Shown piece after piece: positions 48,661-61,108 of a DNA stretch of 64,000 nt. Each line of letters begins with the position of its first letter. Within the stretch, counting starts at the first letter, position 1. Position numbers and translations under genes: made by a program. The stretch comes from the human T2T-CHM13v2.0 reference genome, Homo sapiens, in assembly GCF_009914755.1 (NCBI RefSeq), contig NC_060926.1. One strand, given 5' to 3'. The notes beneath the pieces were generated by a model. That model was not told the origin of the DNA. It worked only from the letters and a program-made list of their open reading frames with translations, and did no database searches.

Positions 48661-50987
48661 GTCCTAGTATGTCTTGCATCCTTTTCATAGAGCTGCCCCC
48701 TTCATGCAATGTTCTACCTATTTCATCCCTGTATAAAAGGTCTGTGATTTTCTAGGTCCTCTCCCTGTGATGCATTAGGGAGTTGGTTTCAGGGGTGGGT
48801 AGTAAGAAAGAGGTAGAGTTCCCATTTTGCCTGGGATGGATGCAGCCTTTAGAGAAAGAAGGCAAACAAATGTATTAGTGCTTCTTTTGATGTCTGATCC
48901 CATTTCTCAGTTGGTTCAGAACCGGGAGGGAAGAGGATTGGGTTATAGTCAGACCAGCAGTGTATTTCTCAAGAATCTGATTTTCTGCCCTTGTGGAGTT
49001 TACCTTCTAAAAGAGAGACACAAATAGTAAACAAATAAATAAAATATATGATACATTAGATGGGGGGTTTGATTTTTTTTAGGGTGCATAAGGAAAACCT
49101 CACTGAGCAAGGGATAACTGAAGAATATGTAAGATAATATGATCGAAAGAGGCTAGTGCCTGATGAAGGGCAGGTGCTGAAAATATAAGTAGTTTTCCTT
49201 CCCTCTGCACACCTGAAGGTGTGGCCTGTTTGGTTTTTTTTTTTAAATGTTCAGGTCAGGGAAGAGAGTTTCCCTATTTGTGGGAGCTTTTGTGTGCTGT
49301 GTCTCCTAGGTTGTATCTTGGGAGTTCAATGGCAGTTGGGAAAAATCCTGCACTGAGACCTTATCAGGTCCCCTGCCCTTTTAGTTCCTATAGGACACAA
49401 GAGTTTCCATATGAGTCTGTCATCAGTGTCACCCAGAAGGAAATTCACCCATTCTGTCAAATAATTAAAAGGAAAATACATGAGGGTATATTGTTAAACA
49501 GGTCAGGAAAAAGGCTTCCAGCTCCTTCATTGATAGACATTCTCCTGGACTCCTCGTGTTCTCCAAGTTGAGAGAATGGGTTCTAGAGATTCGTGGATGA
49601 GTAATTTGATGGAGTGCATAGCACAGGACACAGCACATGAAAGGTTCTTAGTAATTATTTTTGAATAAATAGAAGGGTGGATAATTGAATACCAAATAGG
49701 CATTCTCTAATGAGCTAGACACTTAAACTTCCTCTCTCATCCTGGGCTAGTCTGTCTAAGGATGTTGTTTAGGAAAATATAGTGCTGGTGCTGCAGGGAA
49801 ATAGGTTTCTGATTTAAATGAGTGATGTGCAGTTGTTACGATCATCACTGTCAGTATCAGTTTATTAGTGTGTATACCTTAGTCTTAAGTGCAGAGCCTC
49901 TTCTCATTTTCTGTAATTGTACACTAGATTAGGCTTCTCACACTTACATGGGAGTTTCACAGAGTCATCAACTAGTCACCAAAGAACTAATTCTGAAAAC
50001 CGCTGTAATAGCTATTTGTTTTAGGATTGACTCTGCTATTTGAATGTCTTTCACTTTGCTTTCATTATAAATGTATTACACATATTTTTAGGTCAACACT
50101 AATCATGTATAACTAACTGAGCTAATTTGGCACCCTGACATATAATGTTCTAAAATGGATGCATTCTGAATTTCTTCTTCCCAGATTTGAAATGTTTTGA
50201 ACTGAATTTGAACTGAAATTCTATTGACTTTCTCTTTGATTTCTTCACCTATAAACTGGGCATAGTGTTTTATTCTTACAGAGGAGGCTGCAACCATCAA
50301 TTAGGTATTTGTTGTAAGGGGCTTTGATAGCTTGAAAAAATGACCTTTTATAGAAACAGGATACATTGTATTTATCCTTACAGTATTTTCTTGATTCTAA
50401 TTATAACTCATTTTTTCTTCTCACCATAGGAGGAGAATGGACAAGGGAAAATGTGAGTACAGAAAGTGGCACTGATTTCCACCACAAAAGAGATTCTACA
50501 AAGCTATGGAGGATAGTCACATCACAGCATAGGATGACCCTGGGTGGAGCTTGTATTAAATTTAAATGCTGCCTTGAAGTGAGACAGCAGGAACTCCTTC
50601 AGAGTCTTTCTAAAACCAGGGGAAAAAATCAACAGTTGATGTATGATTTTATATTTGTAAACAAAAATCCACAAGTTGTCATAATTAGAAGAGGCTTCAT
50701 AAATCTTTTACTTTAACCTCATCCTTTCACAGATGAGAAAATGGAGTTTTAAAAGTTTATGTAACTTGCCCCGAGCTATTATTCTCCTGATCTCAGTCTA
50801 GTTATCTTCACTTTGTGCATGACAGACTTGATAAATGTCGTATTCAAAAGGCCTAATAATATTAAGATAAATTCTAGTAAGCCACCTTAAGACTTTGGGA
50901 TCTATTTTACTGTGGCATGTGACTATGAGTTGTTTGGTCTCAGTTTCTTTCAGCGAATTTCCATCTGTGTTATCAGTGCTTGGGGTC

Positions 50988-51497
50988 CCTGTATCTCTCT
51001 ATGTTCTTGGATTTCAGAAATGGACTCTGGCTAACCTAAATACAAATAAACAAAAATAAATACATACATAAATACAGCAAAGATGTTATTGGAAAGACAT
51101 AATATGGCCCAAAGAAGAAAAGAAGAAGCTAAACAACCATGGCTCAGAAAGCTCCAGGCCAGCATAGCTACAGGAATTCGTGTAGCAGAACCTAGGGGAG
51201 AGCCCGCTTACAGTCCCAGGGGTGAATGGAATAGCTCAAGCCATTTATCCTGCATCTTGTCATCCCTGAAAAGCTTCATATTTCAGGGCCAGAACATCTG
51301 ACTAGTCTAGCTAGGGTAACAGGCCTACACCTTGGCCAGGCATAAAGGTGGGTGGATAGGGAGCAAATGGAACATTTTGATGGACAGACTGCCAAGACTA
51401 GATGCATAGAGAAATGGTTATTCCCAAAAGGGAGGAAATTGAGTCACATTTACCAAAAAAGGGAAGCATGAATTTAGGGCAGAAACAAGTATATGTC
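50988..51497 (-). mobile_element. MaLR solo LTR (MLT1K/L-like)
   Basis: CAGAAATGGACTCTGGCTAAC..., ATCTGACTAGTCTAGCTAGGGTAACAGGCCTACACCTTGG, GGTTATTCCCAAAAGGGAGGAAATT. Confidence 0.65.
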
Positions 51498-51761
51498 GTG
51501 AAACCTTTGCATTACCATAGATACAGAAGAGTTCCATGTGTACATTTTTTACTTCGTAAAATAACTTTAAAAATTCAGATATGGGCATTCAGTCTTAGTT
51601 GATACTTTTTACCTTTTCATTTCTCTAAGTCCAGTTATATTTAGATTTTCGTATCCCATTCAGTTCAATTAGAAAAAATACCACAACTATAATAAGGATT
51701 TTGTTCAGTTTGGTTACAAGTGTTCATTCATTCATTCACTTGGACAATTCATTTATTCTAC

Positions 51762-53301
51762 TTTTTTTAAAATTTAACTTTTATTTTAAGTTCAGGGGTA
51801 CATGTGCAGGTTTGCTATATAGGTAAACTCGTATCGTGGGGGTCTGTTGTACAGATTATTTCATCATCCAGATCATAACCCTATTACCCATTAGTTATTT
51901 TTCCTGATCCTCTCCCCACTTCTAGTCTCCACTCTCTGGTAGCCCCCAGTGTGTGTTATTCCCCTCTATGTGTCCATATGTTCTCATCATTTAGCTCCTA
52001 CTTATAAGTGAGAACAGGTGGTATTTAGTTTTCTGTTTCTGCATTAGTTTGCTGAGGATAATTACCTCTAGCTCCATCCATGTTCCTGCAAAGGACATGA
52101 TCTCATTCTTTTTATGGCTGCATATTATTCCATGGTCTATATGTACCACATTTTCTTTAGCCAGTCTATCACTGACGGGCATTTAGGTTGAATCCATGTC
52201 TTTGCTGTTGCGAATAGTGCTACAGTGAACATACAAATGCTGTGTCTTTATGATAGAACAATTTATATTCTTTTGGGTATATTTCCAGTAAGGGGATTGC
52301 TGGGTCAAATGGTAATTCTGCCTTTAGGTCATTAAGGAATTGCCACACCGTCTTCCACAATGATTAAACTAATTTACACTCCTACCAACATTGTGTAAGT
52401 GTCCCTTTTTGTGTGTAACTTTGCCACCATCTGATTTTTTTTTCTTTCAATAACAGCCATTCTGACTGGTGTGAGATGATATCTCATTGTGGTTTTGATT
52501 TGCATTTCTCTAATGATCAGTGATGATGAGCTTTTTTTCATATGCATGTTGGCCACGTGTAGGTCTTCTTTTGAAAAGTGTCTGTTCATGTCATTTGCCC
52601 ACTTTTTTATGGGGTTGTCTTTTTTTCCCTCATAAATTTGCTTAAGTTTCTGATAGATGCTGGATCTTAGACCTTTGTCAGATGCATACTTTGCAAAAAT
52701 TTTCTCCCACTCTGCAGGCTGTCTGTTTACTCTTTTGATAGTTTCTTTTGCTGTGCAGAAGCTCTTTAATTTAATTAGATCCCATTTGTCAATTTTTGCT
52801 TTTGTTGCAATTGCTTTTTGCATCTTCATCACGAAATCTTTGCCCATTCCTATTTCCAGAAGGGATTGCCTAGGTTTTCTTCCAGGGTTTTTATAGTTTT
52901 GGATTTTACATTTAAGTCTTTAATTCATCTTGAGTTAATTTTTGTATGTGGTGTAAGGGAGGGTCCCAGTTTCAATCTTTTGCATATGGCTAGCCAGTTA
53001 TCCCAGCACCATTTATTGATTATGGAGTGCTTTTCCCATTGCTTGTTTTTGTGAGGTTTGTGGAAGATTAGATAGTTGTAGGTGTGTGGCTTTATTTCTG
53101 GGTTCTCTGTTCTGTTTTATTGGTCTATGTGTCTGTTCTTGTACTAGAACCATGCTGTTTTGGTAACTGTAGCCCTGTAAATAGTTTGAAGTCAGATAGT
53201 GTGATGCCTCCAGCTTTGTTCTTTTTGCTTAGGATTGCCTTGCCTATTCGAGCTCTTTTTGGTTCCATATGAATTTTAAAATAGTTTTTTCTAGTTCTGT
53301 C
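51762..53301 (-). mobile_element. L1PA (about PA11-PA16) 3' 1.5 kb with ORF2 remnants
   Basis: ORF 52374-52847 translates to L1 ORF2p ([21 protein letters not shown]...[20 protein letters not shown]); 3' UTR GGGGTCTGTTGTACAGATTATTTCATC. Confidence 0.95.
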
Positions 53302-55329
53302 AACACATATTTAAAATTGACTTTCTCATAGTATAGAGCTCAATTTCTGACACTCAGTTGGCAGAAGGGAGAAGTAGAGATTTTCTTTTTATTAAAATAC
53401 ATATTTACATGACAGAATAAGCCATTGGCTTTTAAACAGTGCTCTAGAGTGGCTGAGAGTTTCCAGTGGTCTTTGTCAGACAGTGGGTAGGGACTTAGTG
53501 GCTGGACTTCAGTTTCTCTGTGCTTCTGCCCCTTCTCACCTGCTTTTCCCTATCTCTCACCTCACCTTCTCCAGCTACTTCAGTCAAAAGAGCTTCACTT
53601 TCATTTGTGGGGTTTCTCAGCAAGATTCTGTTTTATGAAAAAAGAGTTTGAAAATTGCTGGCCTCAACAACATGTAAATGTTATATTAACTGTTAGCATA
53701 CCTGTTTGATTTATTACACCAGTATCTTCTTAGTCCTAACACCAGATAATGGAACATGTCTATCAAGACAATCTCATCTTCTTGATTAAAAAAAAATGTT
53801 TGAACCAATCTGGAATAAACAAATAGAGAATGCTCACTGTGGATGAGGCTCTGTATGCTACATTGTTTGAGGGAATAATAAAACAGATAAAATACAGCTC
53901 CTTAGCTTCACTTAGTTGGAAAGATAAAACAAACATATACAATAATGAAAAGTCAACAGAAGAACTGTTTCACTAGGCGGTATCCGATAATCGTGAACTA
54001 GATCACTGCATGCCAGTCTAGAAGGAGTTAGAGGAGAGAAAGTTCATGTCTGATCCATCCTCTAGAAGGCAGAGAGGGCCTTCTAGCTGATGGCGCATTA
54101 TGTTTGGGTTTCAAGTTCTATGAGCCTAAGGATTAAAAAAAAGTCAGAAAGTCCTTTTATGTTATGAATTATTTCTGCATCTTTGAATTATCCAAATTCC
54201 TAAGTGCCTTTGTAGAACTTTTGGGAAAATACAAAAAGAGTTTTAAAAATAATCTCATATTCTTTTTCCTCCTTTAATCTGATATCACCAGGTCTGAAAC
54301 GAAAAGCAAAGTCACAGAATTTTATTTTTGTATGTGGAGGGTAAAATGCTTTTATTTGGACTGTTGCACTAAGCAGATGCGCTGTTAAATTAATACATAA
54401 CAAGTTGCACAGAAAACTGGAGTTTTTGTGTCTACGTGTTTTACTTTGATTTTGGTCCCTGTCATTGCCTGCTAGGTAAAGTTTGATTCTATGTTTTTCA
54501 TTATGTCTGGTTTGAAGGCCTTAGTTCTATTCTTCCTTCATGTAAAACACTCTTAAAGCCATTTTTCAGTGAAATCCCACCTGGTGAATTGACTCACATC
54601 GAAAGGAATTCCAGAAATAAGAATAGGCATGCCCTTTCTGTCATTGATGTAATGGTGTTTTTCAGCATCCTTTAATAGTCATGAGTGGTGTTTTGGAAAT
54701 CCTAGATATCTGACTGCGTTACGGACCGCTACCTTCTAAGGGGGTCTCAGGGGAAAGAACATTATTTTAGGAATATTATTTATTTTTTAACTTGAGAATG
54801 TCATTTGTTACCACAATGGTAATTTAAAAAGTTTAAGATTTTTAAAAGTGTTTCTGAGGAATATAACAAAATATATTCAACACGCTCGTTCTAAAACAGA
54901 TTCCTGAAAGTAGACTGGTATAAGCATTTTGATAACTCTTCAGCTCATCTTTTTACAGTAGCTTAAAATTGAGGGATTATTAAAATAGTTACCATCTAAA
55001 GTGGCAGTGTTAACTTGAAGATCTACACTTACAAATCCGCCTTGCTTTTATGTAATTTTTTTCTAGAAATTATTTCTTCCTACAAATTGAGCTAAAACTC
55101 TTAATTTTGTTTTGTTTCACATTACAGATGATTTGTATAGCTCTCCCTCTCTTCATTTTGCATACTTTGGAATTCTTCCTAGGAACTCTTTTCATCTAGA
55201 TGTTTCTTCTAGGTAACATGAAACTAAGTATCTTAGGTTATAAACTTACCTATGTTCAGCTCAGTTAATTAACTTAGCTTCTTCCTTAGGCAAAAACTGT
55301 CCCTTGGCCTAGAAGTTCAGTAAGCTTCA

Positions 55330-55345
55330 CACGTGGTTGCACGTG
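55330..55345. promoter_or_regulatory. Tandem canonical E-boxes
   Basis: CACGTG-GTTG-CACGTG. Motif match only. Confidence 0.3.
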
Positions 55346-55919
55346 AATTGGGTTTGTGTAAAACCAGATTGTTTTAGTTAAAGTAGTCAGTGTACTCAGT
55401 GTTCTACCTGGATGTTTGGCAGAATTGGCAAGACAGTCCCCAACATTCCATTCAGAGGCGGAGTCTATGAAGCTGTCAGGTTTTGTTTTGTTTTGTTTTG
55501 CCTGTTTGCCTTTGCCACAGTTCTAAATTTCTCTTCATTATTAGGAAATCAACTCTAGTCTTCTAGTTTCATATTTTATGCTAGTTTTAGTTTTAAAATT
55601 AGTCTTTTTTGGAAAGTTTTTTTTTTCAAGAGAAACAGACATTAATTATAACTATGGTTTCATTACAATTGATTAAAAGGTGAATAATCCCATTTTTGGT
55701 CAGTGTCTAAGCTAAAGTGCTCTACGTATTTTATCAGCCATAAAAACTGAAATACTTGCCCTAGAGGCAGGCAGCAAGTATCTGACCGAGAGTTAAAAGA
55801 TAGTAATCATCTGAGCAGTAATTACCATAAGGAATGTTAAACTACCTGAAAATAGTCCATTGTCTTGATCAAAAACAAATTACAAGCTCGTTCATAATAG
55901 GTCATCGTCAGCTGTTTTT

Positions 55920-56145
55920 AATGGAGCATAGTGTTTAAAAGCAGAAACTCTGGAGGCAGAAAATTCCGGATCAAATCTCTTACTGCCCCTGACTGGCCAT
56001 GTGATACTGAAATAGATACTTCAGCTTTTAAAAACCCCAGCTTCCTCATCTAAAATGTAATGATACCTACTTCATAGATGGATTAAAGTATTTAGTGTTA
56101 TACCTGGTTCGAATCAGAGTTCATTAAATGTCAGCTCTTATTATG
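55920..56145 (+). mobile_element. MIR SINE
   Basis: GCATAGTGTTTAAAAGCAGAAACTCTGGAGGCAGA...CCCAGCTTCCTCATCTAAAATG. Confidence 0.8.
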
Positions 56146-56299
56146 ACTACATTCAGTTTATTTTGCATTATTATATAAACGTATTTCACCATCTAAAAAC
56201 CTTTTGTTCAAAAATGCTTTGTCTAATGATCACATCAGTTAAGAACATGGTGGCCATTGCCAGCTGAATATTTTGATATATTAGGAGTTACCCATAAAA

Positions 56300-56720
56300 T
56301 GGCTTCTAATTCTATAATCAGAAGTAATCACCATTAACATATTTGCAAATTTCATCTTATTTTTTTCTATGAATATATTATGGATTTATTGTTTGAAGAG
56401 GGCGGCTTATATTAGTTTTCAGTGTTACGTTGTGAAAATGATTTCTTTAAATGGTCTTCAAAAACACAATTTTAAGTGACTAAATAATGTTCTATTATAT
56501 AGAATAATAAGAATGTAACTGATTTAAATATTTCCCTATTGTTGGATATTTAAATTGCTTGCAATTTTATTCATTATGAATAACATTGCCATGAACATCC
56601 TTCTACATATGTATTTAAAAGTATAATAAATACATTCTAATATATGAATATTTTAAAGGAATTTGACATATCCTAAAGTGCTTTGCTGGAAATTTGTAGC
56701 AATTTATCTATTCTTTAGTA
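56300..56720 (-). mobile_element. Old L1ME fragment
   Basis: TTTCCCTATTGTTGGATATTTAAATTGCTTGCAATTTT...ATAACATTGCCATGAACATCCTT. Confidence 0.65.
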
Positions 56721-57278
56721 CTGCCTCATAGATTTGTGAACCCCAAATGAAGACTATCTTTTTTTCTTTTTCATTTTGATTTGTTACTCCTACGTAATAA
56801 ATGAGTGAATTTTTGCTAATTTTCCCCAGAGTTAATGCACACACAAAATCTGCCCTAGCTTATTTGACATTTAGCTGCATATCTCAAATCACGTGGAAGT
56901 TTCAATAGTTATAATTCATTTCTGAAGGAATTTTAAGTGCAACGGAAAAAGGTATCGAGAAGAGAATTATATTACTGAGTCTAAGAGATACAGGGATTTA
57001 AAAATGGCTAATCATTACAAAGAACAGAAAGGCTGGGCTACAGTTATTTGTATTTTCTGTCCCATTTTCAAAGGTGAAGGGCAACCAGAACGAGAAAACG
57101 GATGATCATTATTGGTCCAACTGCTTTGTCCTTTGTGTGAGGTATATTTTCTTTGCATTGTAATTCAAAACTATCTTTTCAGCCAAAGTATGTTTACTGG
57201 ATGTCAGATTTAATGGGCATATGGTCAGTGGAGTTTATATGAGAGTGCACATTACACATATAGCCTGTGTGTGGGATT

Positions 57279-57630
57279 CAATCATTCATTCTTCAAATAT
57301 TCACTGAGTACCAACTGGGTGCTGGGCCCCACTGTGAGCACGTCCATGAAATAAAAAGAAAAAAACCTTTGTTCCCCTGGAATTTATATTTTGGTGGAAG
57401 AAGACAATAATACACAAAATCAATACATTCTATAGTATGTTTGGAAGTAGTAAGTGCCACAGAGTGAACTAAGACAGAGAAGAGCAATAAGAATCTTGGG
57501 GTAGGAGTGGGGGTTAACACTCTTGAATGGGTGGTCAGAAAAGGCTTCCCCGACAAGGTGGTTTTTTGAGCTAAACTTGAAGGAGGTGACGAAATGAGCT
57601 ATGCAGATGCCTGGGGCAAGTGTTTCCACT
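57279..57630 (-). mobile_element. L2a 3' end
   Basis: TCATTCATTCTTCAAATATTCACTGAGTACC...GGTGGTCAGAAAAGGCTTCCCCGACAAGGTG...TTTGAGCTAAACTTGAAGG. Confidence 0.85.
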
Positions 57631-58477
57631 GTGTTCACTGCTGGGGGTCCAGGCATGTTTGGTTGGCTGGTGTATCGGCCTCACAAAAGCCTTTTTGAAG
57701 CAGGTCCAAGAAATCTGAAAGAAAATGGATGCTAAGAGAAGAAATCTTTACATAAAATGAGGTTGATCCATGTGCCACTGAAGAGGTGGATGAGAAATCC
57801 TGATGGTGGCTCTTATTTAAATCTGGTTCTGGATATGTCTAGAAATAACTTTGCTGCCCATGCACCATTAGTGCAGAGTGTATCACAATAGAAGAAGACC
57901 CATGTGGCGCTTGAACTGTGGATACTGGTGGGGCTTGATGGATCTTGGGGGATAAGGACCACCACCAGTGATGAACTACTTCTCTGCATGAAGAGAGATG
58001 GAGCAGCCAAGTGATTATGGTGGCAGGAATCCTGAGCTAAAGATAGCACATGGCAGAGCACAGTAGGTTCCAAAGGAAGGGAGGACATAGGAAATACCCT
58101 TTGGGAACTTGCAGAGATGCATGGGTGTGGGGGCTTTATAGGCATAGAGGTTCTGTCAGGGTAATTTGCATACGAAATTTACTTACACCTAGTATGTCTG
58201 CAAATGCAAATACATAGATTATTGGATAATGTCTTAGCCTATTTCAATGTTGAACCAACATTTTGATAATAATAATAATAATTTTTTCTTTCTTTAGCCC
58301 AAGGATATTGAAGACCAGCTCACCAAGTTGGCAACAGGAAAGATCAACAGTAAAAACCAGTACTAATCTCCATAGCAGAGGAGTGGTGACTAACAGCACA
58401 AATCTGTAACTTAGCAAACTCACTTAGAAAAGCTGAATGTGAATGATCACAGCTCTTATACACTGCAGTTTTTACCT

Positions 58478-58868
58478 AGTTTTTGAAGACCAGTTCATCA
58501 AGAGAGACCTAGGTCAGGGGCAAAAGACTTTGTTGCTAACAGGAGCAAACAGCTGGAGCATTAGCATATTTGATGTCCTATCTCCTCACTCTTCCTGGGT
58601 CACCAGGTGATACCTGCATATGCAGTAAGCTGTGTTGCAGGATAGAAATCCTGCACTTAGGGGACCTGAAGATTTCATACAGGACAAGAAGCATGCAGGC
58701 CCATTGTCTGAGACAGAGACTCTATCTTCCATGACTGTTCACAACACAAACATCCCCCATGACTGCTTACTATGCAAACATCCTTGCAAAGGTAGTTTGG
58801 AACAAAAGCAGTTGATGAGTCTACTTGCAAGATATGCAGAAAAGTGAGAGACAACAATATACCCCACT
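58478..58868 (-). mobile_element. ERVL solo LTR, LTR40-like
   Basis: CAAACATCCTTGCAAAGGTAGTTTGGAACAAAAGCAG...TGCAAGATATGCAGAAAAGTGAGAGAC matches the reverse of the LTR40 5' region as I recall it. Confidence 0.65.
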
Positions 58869-59639
58869 GATTTTAAGAAAATCAGTCAATTGTGCACAAC
58901 ACACTTTAAAATTTTCTTCTTTTCAAGATTACACCTTGCCTGGAAGAAACTCTGCCACAACAAGTTGCCACATGGCAAATTCTCAATTTGGCATGCCCTT
59001 GGGACTGTTAGCCACATATATCAGGGCATTGTGTCTTTTCTGAGACAGCCCCTGTGAGCAAGTATTGCCAAAGTTCTTCAGCTACAGTCATTATAGCCGA
59101 ACAACTTCTCCTTGTTTATTATTTTCTTTCATATACTCTGCTTCATATTCTGTAGGACTGAAGGCATTTGATCCTAAATAAGTAGATCTAGCTATCTGGT
59201 TACCCAGTGTTCTGGGGTAGAGCCTGAGATGAGGAAGAAGAGATTGCTGGAAAGGGCGTCTGACACAATGGCCAAATCATAAACCATAACTCCATTATGT
59301 CCTATTTTCATATTGAATAGGCAATGAAATTGTATTACCTGTCTCTACAATGGAAAGAAAAATCAATATTTGCTGTTTTTTCATTTAATGAATGTTCTTC
59401 TTGATCCTCCCTGCTGATGCTACCCCCAACACTTTACATTAGCATGATAGGAAACAGTGGAAATTGTGAGATGGGCCTGGGTCTTTAGAAGGTGATTTCT
59501 CATATCAGTCAGTGAATATAGTTTTTAAACCAGTCATTTGTCATTATGGCTAAAAAAAAAGTGCATCATCAGGTTAAAGCAACATTATGTTATTGAACAA
59601 AGATTTCTTCTACCACCTCCAAGGTTTCTGGGAGTTGTA

Positions 59640-59880
59640 GTTAAGCATGTATTGTGTAATGGAAAAAGTGCTAGATCTGGAATTCACTTCAGCTCTGCAT
59701 GAATTACTTACATGGTCTTGATTAAGCCACTTAATGTCTCTGACTGGCAGATGTTGATATTTTAAATAAGGGAAATAATCTTTGTTCTGTTAACCTCACA
59801 AATTCATGATGATTGTTAAAATGAACAATAACCTTCTTATATACATAAGAAGGTGCTTTGGTAATCAAGTCAGATATAAT
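59640..59880 (+). mobile_element. MIR, diverged
   Basis: GTGTAATGGAAAAAGTGCTAGATCTGGAATTCA...TCTTGATTAAGCCACTTAATGTCTCTG. Confidence 0.6.
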
Positions 59881-60764
59881 TGTAAAATGGTATTACAATT
59901 ACAGTCATATTTAAACAAAGTAGGACCTTTTCTTAATATTGATATTGAGGAACAGGTTTAATATGTCCTCAAATTTCAGTCTTTTGCAACATAGGAAGCA
60001 TAATCTGATCCATAAAAGACAAAATCCATGTAAGAATGAGTAGCATTCTAGAGTATGCTAGGAGAATCTAAGTAACAACTGGACAATGTTGCTCTCACTT
60101 TTCAATAACATGTTTTTCTTAGTTGCATAATCCCCAAATGTAACCAAGAGTGGTGACTGAATAGTCTTCAAATTTCCTGGAATGTCCTCTGCAGTCTCTT
60201 CATCTGAACCTTCTGAGATAATATCACCCCTCAGTTTATGACTCTAATCATAACACTAATGTTTTTTCTTTTTAACAATTGGAAAAGCTTAATAGGAATC
60301 AACAAATATACTTGGGGTGGGTTGTAGAAAAAAGGGCTTTGTCTCTCTACATGCAACTAGAACAATTCATGGAAACCATGACCTGCAAAGCAACCTACAA
60401 TATCTGCTGTTGTTTTAAACTTAAAGATAAAACATACATCCACAGTTGATTCCTTGGATTCTAGTAACTAACACGGAGAATTGGTACTATATACACAAGT
60501 ACTGATTTTTAAAAAGTAATTAATTCACCACTTACTTATGTAAGTTCTCATCTTGAAACTAGTGATGGCTGACACAGACATATTTCTAGGACCAAAACTG
60601 AAAGCAGGTAGATGCCGTGGTTGTGTAACTAAGAATATCAAATCTGCTTGAGTTGAAGATGTGTTGAGGTTGCTGAGATTTGGTTCATTGAACAACTGGG
60701 TGAAGTAAATATAGTTTAGATATGACTTCACACTTGGAATTTCTTTCAGCAGCTCAATGGGTGC

Positions 60765-60788
60765 TGTGTGTGTGTGTGTGTGTGTGTG
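60765..60788 (+). repeat. (TG)12 microsatellite
   Basis: Read directly from the sequence. Confidence 0.95.
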
Positions 60789-61108
60789 CTACATGCCTAT
60801 TTTATAACTCAGGTGTTAGTTCTTTCCTTGGACACCAGGAACCAGTGGTCTCACTAGAATGGTATTAACTAAATTTGAGGGAACAAGTGAGAATGATACA
60901 GAAGGTAAAAGGAAGCTCAGTGAAGCAAATACATTGAGTCCTGTTTCCTGGATAAATTTAGATCAGTCAAAGCATCTCAGCATATCTGGAATGCTGGCTA
61001 ATATCCAACTTGGGGAGGTCAGAGTCACCTTTTGGACATTATTCAATGCCTAGACTAAGTATTCCCAAGGCCACTAGCTTTCCTGAGTGATGCAAACCCA
61101 TGATGGAA

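Noticed and set aside
52374-52847. 157-aa ORF as a gene
   Set aside because: Fragment of L1 ORF2p in a 5'-truncated, disrupted L1PA.
58298-58366. Exon-like PKDIEDQLTKLATGKINSKNQY after a TTTTTTCTTTCTTTAG acceptor
   Set aside because: Only a poor donor (ACA|GTAAAA), an early stop, and no recognised protein.
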